The position numbers and the translations under genes were made by a program. A stretch of 63,435 nt of DNA, the filler included, from Pelomyxa schiedti (Eukaryota; Protista; Evosea), in the NCBI GenBank assembly GCA_020536535.1. It is 14 parts of 14 records of this genome, joined end to end, with 100 filler letters (N's around TTAATTAATTAA, not from the genome) between each part and the next. Parts side by side here need not be neighbours in the genome. Positions count along the whole stretch, not along the records: positions 48,198 to 54,058 come from JAHLWZ010001465.1; positions 54,159 to 60,523 come from JAHLWZ010001428.1; 12 more parts are not named here. One strand, given 5' to 3'. Under the pieces are notes generated by a model. It did no database searches and had not been told where the DNA came from. It worked only from the letters and a program-made list of their open reading frames with translations. How positions within the stretch are numbered: the first letter of the stretch is position 1; each line of letters opens with the position of its first letter. This document shows, piece by piece, positions 48,523 to 60,623 of the stretch.

Positions 48523-49542
48523 GATACATCACCATTGTTGCGTGACCAGCCACCTAGGCAGTTCGCCCGAGGCCTGAGTGCACGCACGCCTGCCTTGACA
48601 CCGACACGACCCACGTCTGGGCAAACTCCCACAGGGAAGCCAGTGACCCGCGGGACCATGCGAATTTCAGGGCTGTTGCACCTTTCATTTATGGGCCCGG
48701 TTGCTGGTATATTTAATCATGCACAGTGTAATTCAATGCAATGAAAAGAGCGTGAGCACTTGACATTCGGATGGTGTCACGGAAATGTATCGTCTCTATT
48801 GGGGGATTTTCCATGACAGATGAGGATAACGCACCATGCTTGTTCTTTGGTGAATATCAACTGTGATGGGGTTGAACAGGTTCTGTTGGTTTGGAAGCTG
48901 CTGCAAGTCGACAACTGCCAGCCTTTCCCACGATCTACAGTGCCTCCAACACCGCTTATTAGACTGACAGAGCACCCCATCGAATTCCAGGGAACATGGA
49001 TTGACTTCCACTATGTAGACAGGTTCATCAACGAGAATCTCATTATGCCATCAACCTCCAGAACAGAAACAAAGTGGTGTGGGTCAACAACAGCACTGTG
49101 CGTCCCACAAGTTCCAGATGCCGCGAAAATCACGTACCAGTAATGGTGCCCCGCACCAACCAAACACAACCTCGGAATCGCGGAGGCACCGGTCCCACAA
49201 TGGCGTGGTGGCTAGCTGTGAAAGTGGCTAGTGGGGCTGCAGGCGAAGGCGACGCCATCCCCAACACCAACTTTGGTCGTCCCAACGGGAATGAATGGTC
49301 AGGGTGCGATTTTGTGTTCTTAGAAAAGTGGAAATTATGGGTGAGAAGGGAGTGCTGCCCCAAGATCTTGCCACATATCGTACACAGTAACATTATGGGT
49401 TGCTCTAGGAGGTTGTGCCAAACACTAGTCGCACAACTTTCACTTTCTGATCCTTGGGAAAATTTTTGCGCCTTCTCCCAGCCAAAAAAAGGAGAGGAAA
49501 ATAATAATAAAACACAACAACAATAAAAAAAGGTGTTAGGTA

Positions 49543-49612
49543 GAGCCTCAATGGCGTCCCACTGTTTGCTGGGAATTATGAGCCTCAATGGCGTCCCACT
49601 GTTTGCTGGGAA
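49543..49612. repeat. Tandem duplication, 33-bp unit with period 37
   Basis: GAGCCTCAATGGCGTCCCACTGTTTGCTGGGAA occurs twice. Confidence 0.92.
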
Positions 49613-49938
49613 CCACCAAAAACTCCACCACGTGGTTGAGTTTTTGGTGGGTATCTATTGTTTTCCAACTGTCTTTTTTTACATATTCCACATGGTTGTA
49701 CTTCAAGGTAAGCAGTTCACTCTGTTACTTCATTCTTACAACAATCAACCACAGGTTGTGCCTCAATGATAAACAAGGATATTGGGATGAAATTGTAAGC
49801 ACTGTGTACAGCTACTTCCTCATGCTCTGAGAACACTCAACATGACTTTTGTGAGACATCATAGTAAAGTTTTGACCTTGCGCATTTTTAATAGTTTATC
49901 TGTGTTCTTGGGGGTGTTTTCCACAACAAGTGCGTTAA

Positions 49939-50445
49939 ATGAGTGCCGTAAGACAGCCTTTGTTGCTTGCATCTGGGCTCCCACCCCACCCCCAATACAA
50001 GGAGGTGAGAGATCTGCTCAAGCCGCTCTGTCTGTATATTCCCCATTTTCTCCCATCATTGCCACATGACACGCCCTTTGCTTTGTTCACCTATTGCAAC
50101 AGGAACGCTCTTGTTGTGAATCAGGAAGCAAGAACCGCCACTTTCTTTTGCAGCAACTCTCGGGAGACAGCTGCCGTTCTGGCGTCGAGGCTTTTCATTA
50201 GGCGCACAACCAAAAGATCTGGCACCAAGGAATGGAGCATCCACGTCGAAGTCGGTCGTAGTTCCACTCCAGCCAGCCACGTTGATGTGTCCGCAACGTC
50301 ATCAGCCCTTTCCTTGGCAGCCGACAACAGCATGATTGGTCAGCCAGATCAGAGTCCTGCTTCCACCAATGAACATATTGGCGACGATGATGCCAACGCC
50401 ACGGCCCCTCCTTGCGCTCCCCCAGTTTCGTGCAACTTGATGTGA
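49939..50445 (+). CDS. Hypothetical protein, possible RRM-like fold
   Basis: 168-codon frame (start is GTG, so the true 5' end is uncertain) with the pattern LLLASGLPPH..EVRDLLKP..ATFFCSNSRETA. Confidence 0.35.
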   Translation: MSAVRQPLLLASGLPPHPQYKEVRDLLKPLCLYIPHFLPSLPHDTPFALFTYCNRNALVVNQEARTATFFCSNSRETAAVLASRLFIRRTTKRSGTKEWSIHVEVGRSSTPASHVDVSATSSALSLAADNSMIGQPDQSPASTNEHIGDDDANATAPPCAPPVSCNLM

Positions 50446-51461
50446 TGATTATGCTCACAGAAATCAAAGCTCTCCATTTCCTTCGTTAGTCCCTGCGTTG
50501 TAGTTGCACTGGGCGTTGCTAATGCGATAATGGGAACCACCGTGTCGCGATTTCAATTGGTTTTGTGTACACAGTAGGTTTACAAACAGTTGAAACGCAA
50601 CACAAAACCTATGTTAAACATATTGCATCCACGGCGAAATGTACATTTCTCCACAGGCAAAATATGAACCTTGGTTCCTTTTAGTCCACACAGCAGCATC
50701 ATCTCTGAGACATTCAATCTCTCCCACTCTTGTGTTGCAAATTGCTGTGCTTGTAGGTAGATCTGTACTCTCCTTGAAATAATCCGTCCAACTAACGCAA
50801 TATCAAGATATAGCGACATGCTTTTTTGGGTGAAAAAACTTGGTTGATAGCTTATTGTAGTAATCCGTTGTTACACACTCTAGGCCTGAAAGCCTTTTCT
50901 ATTTTATTGGATATACCCCCATAGAGCTTTACCAGTTGGCTTCATGTTAATTAGACACAGCAGCGGTGTATGACAGTAAGGACTGCATGTCAGTTACATG
51001 AACCGCTGAAGTATGTTTCGCTTTTGTTCTTGGTGGGCCTTAAGTGTCATAAATAGCTAGATGGAGATCTCCACGGCACTATCCAAATGCCGCTCATGCT
51101 CTTTTCTTTCCATTGAATTACGAATGTTATCTGTTTTTCACACCCGCTTCTCATTGAACAAGTCAACAGCCAGTACATTATATCTCATTAAAATACAAAA
51201 TTACCGGCCACTGCACGTTGTACTCTGATTCACAACATTTTATCTCCTTTTTGTCTAACTTGTTGTTCCAACAGAAAACTGACACTTGCAATACTATTGT
51301 AGGTAAAATAACCACCCACAAATCATCCACTCCTCAGACTCACTTGAACTTCACATTCCACGCGGAACGTTCTCGCTTCTAAATCAAACAGACGGAAATT
51401 GTCGAATCAAAAGTCAAAACAATAAAAATAAACCACTGTTTTTAGTGACGCGTTTCCTTCT

Positions 51462-54058
51462 ATGAGCCGAGATAGCGCCCCCTTCACAATCGAGGCGCCA
51501 GAAGACACGCCCTCATCGCCCCGTGCAGACGCGTCGTCGACCGAGGATTTCCCCAGCATGCTGTTGCCGTCGCTCACAGACCAGCAACCACCTCCGCGAT
51601 CACAGCTCCAAGAGCAGCCTTCGCGCCCTCCCTCCGCAATCACGCATCCGCGCGCTCCTGCGCCTCCTGCTCCATCAGTTGATGCCCCTCGGGGTCGTGC
51701 TACTCGCCAACGTGTCGTCGACGCCCCTGCTGCACCGCCTTCCACTGCCGCCGCCTCCACCTCGTCGTCGGCGTCCTCGCTACCCACGACCTCCTCTCAC
51801 ATTTCTACTTCAAGTTCCGCCCGTCGTGGGGCTCACGTAGGGGGTTTGATTTGGGAGCCAGAGTGGGTCAGTTCCAAGAAGAAGAAGAACAACAAGAACA
51901 ATAACAAGAACCACAATCACGGAGGAGGCCACTCGGCTGCGGCGTCGCAGCCTCTGCCCCCCATCGTTATATCGGCGCTGCCGGCCGACGCACCTGTGCC
52001 CATGACAAAGGAGTACAATGCCCTCTTGAAACTGCGTGCGTCCTACAACTCGTGCAGTGCCGACGGCAACCTTGCAACGTTGGTGACGAGCGATCCCGGT
52101 GTGTACATTAAGCCGGAGATCCAGGTTGTGAAGATGTTTTCCAAGGACATTCATGTGTAAGCTGCTCCCCCACCACCAAAAGTTCAATATAATAAAAATA
52201 ATTAATAATATAAAATAAAAAAAAACTCTTCCAATAATTATTAGAATAATAATAATGAAATTACCTTATCGTTGACCACACATACAGGGTGAACGTGAAT
52301 CATCATTGGCGTCCAAAGGCCACTTTCATAGCATTTCGCTCCCGCGATGATGCGCAAGGTGCATACGAGAGGTATGGATCGCTGTACAAGCTGCAGTTTG
52401 TCACCGCCGCGAAACTGCCCCCTTCTTCTATTCCTCCTCCTCCTCTTGGTGAACAGTCACGACAAAACCAACCTCAGGGTTTGACTACAAGTTCCGCAGC
52501 GGCAACGAACACATCGTCTGATGCCGCTACTTCTGCTACAACAACAACTAGTACTAGTACTACCTCTTCTACTGCAAGTGCGGCCCCGCCAACTCTGGCC
52601 CAGTCCGTTGAATCGCGATTTGGCATCAAGCCAACATCCTTGGATAAGATAGAGTTCACTAATGTGGATCTTGGAAGTGGGACCTATTCAGATGTTCGAG
52701 AAGGTTTGCCCTTCTTCGTTCTTTCTTACATTCTTGATAACTCTCTCAACAGCGACTCTGTGGGGGGATTTAGTTGCAGTCAAGGTGATGAATGAACTAA
52801 CAGACGATGATACTTTTTTAAATGAAATAGAAATGCTGAGGTTATTTTGAGACCTTCCTATTATTACCGTCATTGGTGCTGTTGTAGTTGTTGATACAAT
52901 CCTGTTATTACCATAATTTGCTGCTGTTGTTGTTATCATTTCTAATATTACCGCTGTTATTGTCTATAATTAACCCGGCTTTAGGCGTTCACCAGGTAGC
53001 TACATGGTCCATCTCTATGGTAGCTCTCCTTTTCCCCACTTGTGAAACCTCTCAACCATATTATTCAGGGGTTTGCATTGATAATAAAATGAAAATGTTG
53101 ATATTTGAGCGTCTTCCATTTGTTCTCTGCAAGCTACTCTTTCGGCATGTTCCAGATAACACAGACCTTCCCTCAGCAGCTCTAAAGTACTGGTGCAATG
53201 GATGGGCCTTACGGGTTAAAGTGAAACTCTCCCTGGGAGTGGTACACTATTCTTATTGGTTCCATTCTCCCACCTTATGGCAGGCCTTGGGAATATCGTG
53301 GCTACACAACCAAGCAAAGATTGTCCATCGGCATGATAACTAAGTTACCTCTTTTTCTCCTTCTAATTTCTTCCAACATCTAGGGACATTAAGACGACAA
53401 ATTTCCTTACCGATAACCAGTTAAAAGTCAAAGTGGCCGACTTTGGCTTTGGAAAATCGCTGCCACTGCACTCGTCATCCTTTAGTAAAGATGATACCGT
53501 TGGCACGTGTATGTGCAAGCTCTGACTGTATATCAAAACTGAACCATTCCAGATGAATATCTGGCTCCAGAGATTATGCAGAACGGGATTTTGGCAACAT
53601 CAGAAAAGTCCGATGTGTATGTCCCATATCAATCCTTTGTCCTCATCAACGCATCCTATAGTTATGCAGTTGGACTGGTTCTACTGGAAATTTTACTTGA
53701 GAAATTAGTCTTCTCTGAGGGCAGATGGGCCAGAAGGCTGCCGGTCGGAGCAAAAACCGCGGAGGAGAATCAGCAGATGCAGAAGAATCTCGAGGATGAA
53801 CGCCGGGTTGCACTGTTTGAGGCCGTAATTGGCGGGCACAGGCCCGATACACCCGATACAATCCCGGTCGGCCCCGACAGAGGGCGGCCAACACCACCCG
53901 CTCTGGTATTTCCCTGCTCCCTGTGGGTGTATCGCCTTGTCTAACCACTGGCCAGTTCCATCTCATTAAGAGCTGCTTGGCACCCAATCCCGCAGATGTT
54001 AGTATTCCTTTTCCTCTTTTCTTGACTTCTCATTTCCCTCAGAGGCCTCCCATGGAAG
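51462..54058 (+). CDS. TKL-group protein kinase with a low-complexity and possible RRM-like N-terminus (3' truncated)
   Basis: LGSGTYSDV, VAVKVM..FLNEIEML, IVHR|DIKTTNFL, KVADFGFGK, YLAPEIM, KSDVY|SYAVGLVLLEIL, LIKSCLAPNP. Confidence 0.88.
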
Positions 54059-54362
54059 NNNNNNNNNNNNNNNNNNNNNNNNNNNNNNNNNNNNNNNNNN
54101 NNTTAATTAATTAANNNNNNNNNNNNNNNNNNNNNNNNNNNNNNNNNNNNNNNNNNNNGTGCTGGATGACAAGAGTTTGAACCCCCCAATTGGGCCTGTA
54201 GAACCCCAAAGGCCTTCTGGTGGGACAAACTCTACACCAGCATCATCAACAACACTGCGGCTCACCTCCGCAGAGTCACCGCCAACACACAAATTAATTG
54301 GCCTGTGTTGGTGCTGAATGAATACTTTTTGTTCTTCAGCAACATTCACACTTGCAAATCAA

Positions 54363-55742
54363 TCAAAGAAGAAAGCCAGAAATGTGAGTGGTGGCTTGAG
54401 GAGGAACAGTGAAAGAGAGGATGAGTGTTCCTGTTGCAGCATGAGTAACGTTCACAACACCATTTCCTTGTGTCCTGTGGAACAACAGACCACACTCAGC
54501 AGTGACAACATCAGGGCTGCAAATTGAGACCCTCCTCAGTGGTTGTTCCCTGGCGACTCTTGCTTCCCACAGTTGGTATTCTGCTGACAGTGACACACAA
54601 AACAGAGACTCATTCAGTTGTGAAACTTCTCTGAAGTAACCATCGATTTTCCTCTGACAACTGGTGCTCTCTTCCACAATGAATGCCTCTGACTCGTCAG
54701 AACCCTGCCTGGTTGGAATTGTCACAATGACGAAGCTCCTTGACCCTGTTGTTTGGTGGTGAAAGATCATGCCTGAGAGCACAAAGCAGTCGGAATCATA
54801 AATCCACCACTTGGTTTCACTCAGAAGCTTTGCAGCACCAGTCGAGAACGTGGCCTCAACATCAATCACAGAGATAACTAGGCTCCCAGTGGCACGGTCT
54901 GCAGTCACCATTGCAGCCTCATCTGGGTTGAACTTGCTGAGGAAGAACCTCAGTAAAAAGGGAACCTTCAATCTGCACACTGTGCCACCAGAACTTGGGC
55001 CCAGCCTTTCACAGATAGAAATCCTGGAGATAGACACCTCCGAGGACATCCAGCCGCACATGTCACAACACACCCACCACTTGCCGTTCACCGTCCCGAC
55101 TGATGATGCCTCCCCGTTCCACCGCAACACCTTGTTGGCTGGTGTTGTGCCGTTCTCTTCAATTGCCGATGGCAACACAATGCAGTATTCAGCGAACCTC
55201 TGGCTGATTGAGTAGTACCTCTCCAGCACGTGAATGCCCCCACTTCCAGCAGCGTAAACACAGCACGGCGGGGGAGTAGCGTGATAGGAAGTTGGCTGAG
55301 ACCACGCAGGGCTGACGGACACAGACCCAACCAACACACCAACGAGTGCCCTTGACACACCAAACGTGATGAGCCTCTTGTCAATGCGACCACCCTGTGG
55401 CGCAGCTGACACCACCACACCAATCAATGACGTTGTTGGCCAACAACAACAACAGCACTGTGACTGTGATGGTTGTGTTGCTGTTGGTGGTGTCATTGTC
55501 ATTGTGGTTGGTGTTGATGTTAGAGGGGGAGGAGGAACAAATGAAGAGACATAAGAATCCCATAATTGCTGCAGGACGGCGGGCTGGTACCTGAGTAGGT
55601 GGGCTGGGCTGGATGCGCCGCATCGTGGGTGCCACGATGTCGCCAGCGCGAGCATCTGGGCGTTGGCGGAAAGGTGGATCCCAACCGAAATTGTGGGTTC
55701 ACGAGCACAACGCCGTTGGTTGTTGGCTCGTGTGATCTTCAT
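54363..55742 (-). CDS. Intronless lineage-specific family member 1
   Basis: N-terminal ANAQMLALATSWHPRCGASSPA and C-terminal SQLNESLFCV..AECGLLF..HAATGTLILSF. The ORF-track start at 55955 overlaps the neighbour; the likely ATG is 55742. Confidence 0.82.
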   Translation of the reverse strand: MKITRANNQRRCAREPTISVGIHLSANAQMLALATSWHPRCGASSPAHLLRYQPAVLQQLWDSYVSSFVPPPPLTSTPTTMTMTPPTATQPSQSQCCCCCWPTTSLIGVVVSAAPQGGRIDKRLITFGVSRALVGVLVGSVSVSPAWSQPTSYHATPPPCCVYAAGSGGIHVLERYYSISQRFAEYCIVLPSAIEENGTTPANKVLRWNGEASSVGTVNGKWWVCCDMCGWMSSEVSISRISICERLGPSSGGTVCRLKVPFLLRFFLSKFNPDEAAMVTADRATGSLVISVIDVEATFSTGAAKLLSETKWWIYDSDCFVLSGMIFHHQTTGSRSFVIVTIPTRQGSDESEAFIVEESTSCQRKIDGYFREVSQLNESLFCVSLSAEYQLWEARVAREQPLRRVSICSPDVVTAECGLLFHRTQGNGVVNVTHAATGTLILSFTVPPQATTHISGFLL

Positions 55743-55822
55743 TCCAGAAGAGCCTTTGATTTTGAAGCAACAGAAAATTTTTTTCTCTTTGAAAGATCCA
55801 GAGCCGGACAATACTGATGAAG

Positions 55823-57331
55823 TTATAGCAGAAAGCCAGAAATGTGAGTGGTGGCCTGTGGTGGAACTTTGAAAGAGAGGATGAGTGCTCCTGTTGAAGC
55901 ATGAATCACGTTGATCACAGAATTGTGTTCTGTTCTGTGGAACAACAGACCACACTCAGCAGTGACAACATCAGGGCTGCAAATTGATACCCTCCTCAGC
56001 GGTTGCTGCCTGTTCACTCTTGCTTCCCACAGTTGGTACTCTGATGAAAGTGACACACAGAACACAGTGTCATTCAACTGTGAAACTTCTTCAAAGGGAT
56101 CCTCAAATCGTCGCTGAGAGCCAGTGTCTTCTTCAACAACAAACAACTCCTGTGGTTCAAAGGGACCATGCCTCTGTGTCACAACAACAAATGTCCTCAA
56201 GCCAGTCGTTTGGTTGTGAAATATCATGCCTGACCTGATGCCAACATCGCAGTCATAGATCATCCACTTTGTTTTACTCAATTGCTTTGCAGTATGAGCT
56301 TGGACAGTCCTCTCAACATCAATCACAGTGACAATGAAGGATTTAACTGTATAGTATGTATTGTGGTGCGCAGTCACCATTGCAGCCTCGTCAGGGTTGC
56401 TCTTGCTGAAGAAGAACCCAAATAAACTGAACATACTGGTATCCTTCAGTGAGTTCAATGTGTACGCAACAGGAGGAGAAGCCAAAGAAGAGGTGGACCT
56501 TCCATTTCTCTGGGAAATAAATCCAGATATCCTGGAGATGTATACTTCATCTGTGGCTCTATTGCAGCACACCCACCACTTGTTGTTCACATGACCAGAT
56601 GACAATAGGCGAGCATCATCACGCAACACCCACAGTCCCTCACCACTCTGGTTGTTGTTGTTGTTGCATTTAGCTGTGCAGCTTTTTTTGCCAGTTGCCT
56701 TCGCAGTTGCTTTTGTTGTTGGGGTTGTTGTTGTTGGTGGCTGTGGTGGTGGCAGCTTCAGTGTGTATTCACGGAAGACCTCACAATCCGTGTAAATCTT
56801 CGCGTTTTCAAGGACATGGAATGTGTTCCCAACAGCAACGCACCGTGGGCGGACGTAGTTCCGCTCCCGTGCAGGGCTATTTATGGCGCTCCACGCAGGG
56901 CTGACGCACACAGGCCCAGCCACACCAACGACTGACCTCGAAACGCAAAACGTGATGACCTGCCTGGTGTCATTTGCACCTGACACCACGACGCCAATCG
57001 ACGTGGTTGTTGGCCAACAACGTGGATGCAGCGGTGGTGGTCGCGACGTCAGTGACACTGACTTCACTGGCGGGACGAGTGACAGGCAGTAGTCCCATAA
57101 TTGGCGGAGCACGGCGGGCTGGGACGCGAGGAATCGGGCGGGGCTGGACGCGCCGCATCGGGGGTGCGATGACGCGGCAAGGGCGAGCAGCTGGTCGCGT
57201 GAGCCGACGTGGACTTGGAACGAAATTATGGGGCCGACGTTGTCACTCACCACCGTGTTCGTGGGTGTGGTTGTAGTAATCGTGTTCGCATTTGGTCGTT
57301 TTGTTGTGGTTGTGCTGTTGTGTCTCTTCAT
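55823..57331 (-). CDS. Intronless lineage-specific family member 2 (502 aa)
   Basis: SRDQLLALAASSHPRCGASSPARFLASQPAVLRQLWDYC. The C-terminal 100 aa are nearly identical to members 1 and 3. Confidence 0.88.
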   Translation of the reverse strand: MKRHNSTTTTKRPNANTITTTTPTNTVVSDNVGPIISFQVHVGSRDQLLALAASSHPRCGASSPARFLASQPAVLRQLWDYCLSLVPPVKSVSLTSRPPPLHPRCWPTTTSIGVVVSGANDTRQVITFCVSRSVVGVAGPVCVSPAWSAINSPARERNYVRPRCVAVGNTFHVLENAKIYTDCEVFREYTLKLPPPQPPTTTTPTTKATAKATGKKSCTAKCNNNNNQSGEGLWVLRDDARLLSSGHVNNKWWVCCNRATDEVYISRISGFISQRNGRSTSSLASPPVAYTLNSLKDTSMFSLFGFFFSKSNPDEAAMVTAHHNTYYTVKSFIVTVIDVERTVQAHTAKQLSKTKWMIYDCDVGIRSGMIFHNQTTGLRTFVVVTQRHGPFEPQELFVVEEDTGSQRRFEDPFEEVSQLNDTVFCVSLSSEYQLWEARVNRQQPLRRVSICSPDVVTAECGLLFHRTEHNSVINVIHASTGALILSFKVPPQATTHISGFLL

Positions 57332-57472
57332 CTCTGAATCACAAAATTTCCTCGTTCGAAGAAAGAATCAGTTCTGCTGAAGGCACTGGTTCTCAGGAGA
57401 AGAGCACCGGCACTCGGAAATAAAAAGAATTAATCTTGCTGGTGCCTCATCAAGTTGTTTGATTAATTCCAA

Positions 57473-58882
57473 TCAAAGAAGAAAGCCAGAGGGGTGAGTG
57501 GTGGCGTGAGGCGAAACAGTGAACGAGAGGATGAGTGCTCCTGTCAATGCATGAGTCACGTTGATCACATTGCCACCTTGTGTCCTGTGGAACAACAGAC
57601 CACACTCAGCAGTGACAACATCAGGGCTGCAAATCGACACCCTCCTCAGTGGTCTCTGCCTGTCCACTCTCGCTTCCCACAATTGGTATTCTGATGAAAG
57701 TGACACACAAAACACGGTGTCATTCAACTGTGACACTGCTTGAAATGGGAACTCAAATCTTCGCTGAGAGCCAGTGCCTTCTTCAACAACAAACAATTCC
57801 TGTGGTTCAAAGGGACCATACTTCTCAGTGACAACAACAAAGGTCCTCGAGCCAGTCGTTTGGTTGTGAAATATCATGCCTGACCTTATAGCAACATCGC
57901 AATCATAAATCATCCACTTTGTCTGACTCAATTGCATTGCAGTGTGAGCCTTGAAAGTGGTCTCAACATCGATCACAGTGATAATGTAGAATTTAACTTT
58001 GTGGTACATCCTGTGGTTTGCAGTCACCATTGCAGCCTCGTCAGGGTTGGTCTTGCTGAAGAAGAACCCCAGCAAACAGGGATCCCTCAGTGTGCACACA
58101 GCAGGAGAAGAAGCATGCTTCCCATTTCTCTGTGAAATACAATCAGATATCCTGGAGATGTAAGCTCCTGCATCCTCAGAGTGTGAGGTTTCACAGCACA
58201 CCCACCACTTGTTGTTCACCTCACCTGAGGACAGTATGCTCTCATTATCACGCAATACCCACAGTCCCTCACCACTCTGGTTGCTGTTGTTGTATCTGGC
58301 TGCGCTGGTTGCTTTGGTTGCTTTTGCAGTTGGTTGTGGTGGCTGTGGTGGGAGCTTCAGTGTGTATTGGCGTAACATGGTATCGCCGGTCCTATAGTAG
58401 TAGGTCTCATAGGCCTCAAGAGCATGGAATGTATTTCCAACAGCAACGCATTCTGGGAAGCCGTGGGACAGCTTGCCCGGAGGCGAGCTCCACGCAGGGC
58501 TGACACACACAGGCCCAACAACACCGACGAGTGACCTCGACACTCCAAACGTGAGGAGCTGCCTCTTGTCATTCTCGCCCTTCACGACCACGCCAATCGA
58601 CGTGGTTTTAGGCCAACTTGTGTGTGGTGGTCGCGACGTCAGTGACACTGAGTTCACTGGCGGAACGAGTGACAGGCAATAGTCCCATAACTGTGGGAGA
58701 AGCGCGGGCTGGGACGCGAGGAAGCGTGCGGGGCTGGACGAGCCGCACCGCGGGTGTGACGACGCGGCAAGGGCGAGCAGCTGGTCGCGCGCCCAAACGT
58801 GGATGTGGAGCGAGATTATGGGTCCGCCATGGCCACTCACCACAGTTATGTTTGCGCTGCTGTTGTTTGTTGTGCTCTTCAT
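57473..58882 (-). CDS. Intronless lineage-specific family member 3 (469 aa)
   Basis: ARDQLLALAASSHPRCGSSSPARFLASQPALLPQLWDYC with the same C-terminus. Confidence 0.88.
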   Translation of the reverse strand: MKSTTNNSSANITVVSGHGGPIISLHIHVWARDQLLALAASSHPRCGSSSPARFLASQPALLPQLWDYCLSLVPPVNSVSLTSRPPHTSWPKTTSIGVVVKGENDKRQLLTFGVSRSLVGVVGPVCVSPAWSSPPGKLSHGFPECVAVGNTFHALEAYETYYYRTGDTMLRQYTLKLPPQPPQPTAKATKATSAARYNNSNQSGEGLWVLRDNESILSSGEVNNKWWVCCETSHSEDAGAYISRISDCISQRNGKHASSPAVCTLRDPCLLGFFFSKTNPDEAAMVTANHRMYHKVKFYIITVIDVETTFKAHTAMQLSQTKWMIYDCDVAIRSGMIFHNQTTGSRTFVVVTEKYGPFEPQELFVVEEGTGSQRRFEFPFQAVSQLNDTVFCVSLSSEYQLWEARVDRQRPLRRVSICSPDVVTAECGLLFHRTQGGNVINVTHALTGALILSFTVSPHATTHPSGFLL

Positions 58883-59014
58883 GATGGTTACCGCGAAGTC
58901 TTATTGTGCAGTGATGCATCATTTTCACACCGACCGGAGTTCAAGAATGCACACTGGTGTACATTCGTGGCTTAAGGCCGTTTAAGAAAAAAGTTAGAAA
59001 AATGAAATGCAAAA

Positions 59015-60497
59015 TCAGGAGTCAATTTTCAATTGAGGAGACTTGAATGGGAATGGGGTGATGAAGCGTGGGAAGACACCCTTTGGGAGTATCATGGTGA
59101 ACAATGTGGTGCCTGTGAATGCGTCAGTGAACTTGTTCCTGGTGGTCAGAGTGGTTACACTCGTGCTCTGGTAGGGAGCTTCAAACCTTTGTTGGTGTGT
59201 AATGCAGAAAGAGGTTGGGGGTACTGAAGATGGCACACTGGTGCTGGACACCAAAATTCCACAGCCAGAAACCACACACTGTGTCCCTTGTGGGTGGGTG
59301 ATACAAGAAACAGGCTTTGGGTGAGACTGATGCAATCGGCGTCTCTTTGGAATTGAACAGTAATTGCAAAGTGACAACAGGGAAAAAACTGAAGATGAAG
59401 AGTGGTTGTCACAAGTGGTAGTGCACAGGTGTGACTCGTCAGCTACTGTAACTTCCAGTCCAGTGTTGTCATTCAACCACGTTATGGTTAGTCCAGAGCT
59501 CAGGTCCAAAAGCTTTTCGGCAGCAGCTTGCTTCCCTTCTGATCTCATCCAAACAGAAGTGAAAGGCAGGTAGTACTTCCTCTCAGCTCTGTCAACAAGT
59601 GGGGTGCACAGATGTTGGAGGGAGAGGCCCACCGCGGTCAAATCACAGTGAGAAACCAACAAGTGGTCTGTTATTGAACGCTCATTCCACACAGTATTCA
59701 GGTCAATGTGAAACCCAACAAGGAATGTTTGGCCAGAATCACCAAACTCCAGGTAGAATACCTCAAGTGTGTCAGACTCATAGTCATACTCGCTGAGCGG
59801 TGAGAAGAACTTCAATGACAAACGCCAATTCATCCATTCACACTTCACAGCAACGTGATCAGGCAGTGGAAGCCCATCAACAACTTTCCACAACACCAGC
59901 AACTCTCTCTGTACCATTACAATCCACCTTCTGTTGCATGCCGTGGGTGGGTTGGGCAAATTACCAGGGATAGCAAACTGTACCCCAGTGTCTTCATTTG
60001 TGAGTCCATCCACAACCGAGAAGGCCACTGGTGGTCCGAGTCGATGCAATCCACCCCAGCGTGGAGCGTAAGCTGAGTGGAAATGGTCCCTGCACAATCC
60101 CAAGGGTGTGTGACACGCTGAAAAAAACGCTCTCAAAGCGAGAGGCAAACATATCTGGATCAGCCACAAACTTTGCCATCACGGCCCTTTCCGCAGCCAC
60201 CACCCACCTCTTCCCAATGCACTCAACCAACACCCATAATGGCACCATCCAGACGTAGCAATTCGTTGTTTTCGCTGCAGTTTCAGCAGCAACAATCGTA
60301 GGAAGTTGTTGTTGTTGTGCCTGTTGTCGTTGTTGGTCGATGTGGATGTTGTTGTTGCAAGAGGTGTCTGTGGAGGCGGGAAGATTTGTCCGCCTGAATT
60401 TCGATTGTGGGAGGAAACAAGGAGATGCAAGGGCAAGGAACTGATGGTGTGCACGCAAGGGCGGTGCGTCGACGAGGGTCAGAGCACAGGAGATCAT
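59015..60497 (-). pseudogene. Divergent member of the same superfamily, frameshifted at about 60000-60085
   Basis: ORF 59994-60497 (RAHHQFLALA, SVSHTLGIV) overlaps ORF 59015-60169 (CNRRWIV, LLVLWKV, VSGCGILV, FTDAFTGTTLF) in a different frame. Confidence 0.6.
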
Positions 60498-60623
60498 TTT
60501 CCAGTCTGTTGATTTTTTCCCCANNNNNNNNNNNNNNNNNNNNNNNNNNNNNNNNNNNNNNNNNNNNTTAATTAATTAANNNNNNNNNNNNNNNNNNNNN
60601 NNNNNNNNNNNNNNNNNNNNNNN

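Noticed and set aside
48660-48790. SET-domain-like GPVAGIFNHAQC
   Set aside because: It is a single weak motif followed by a stop, with no other SET elements recognisable.
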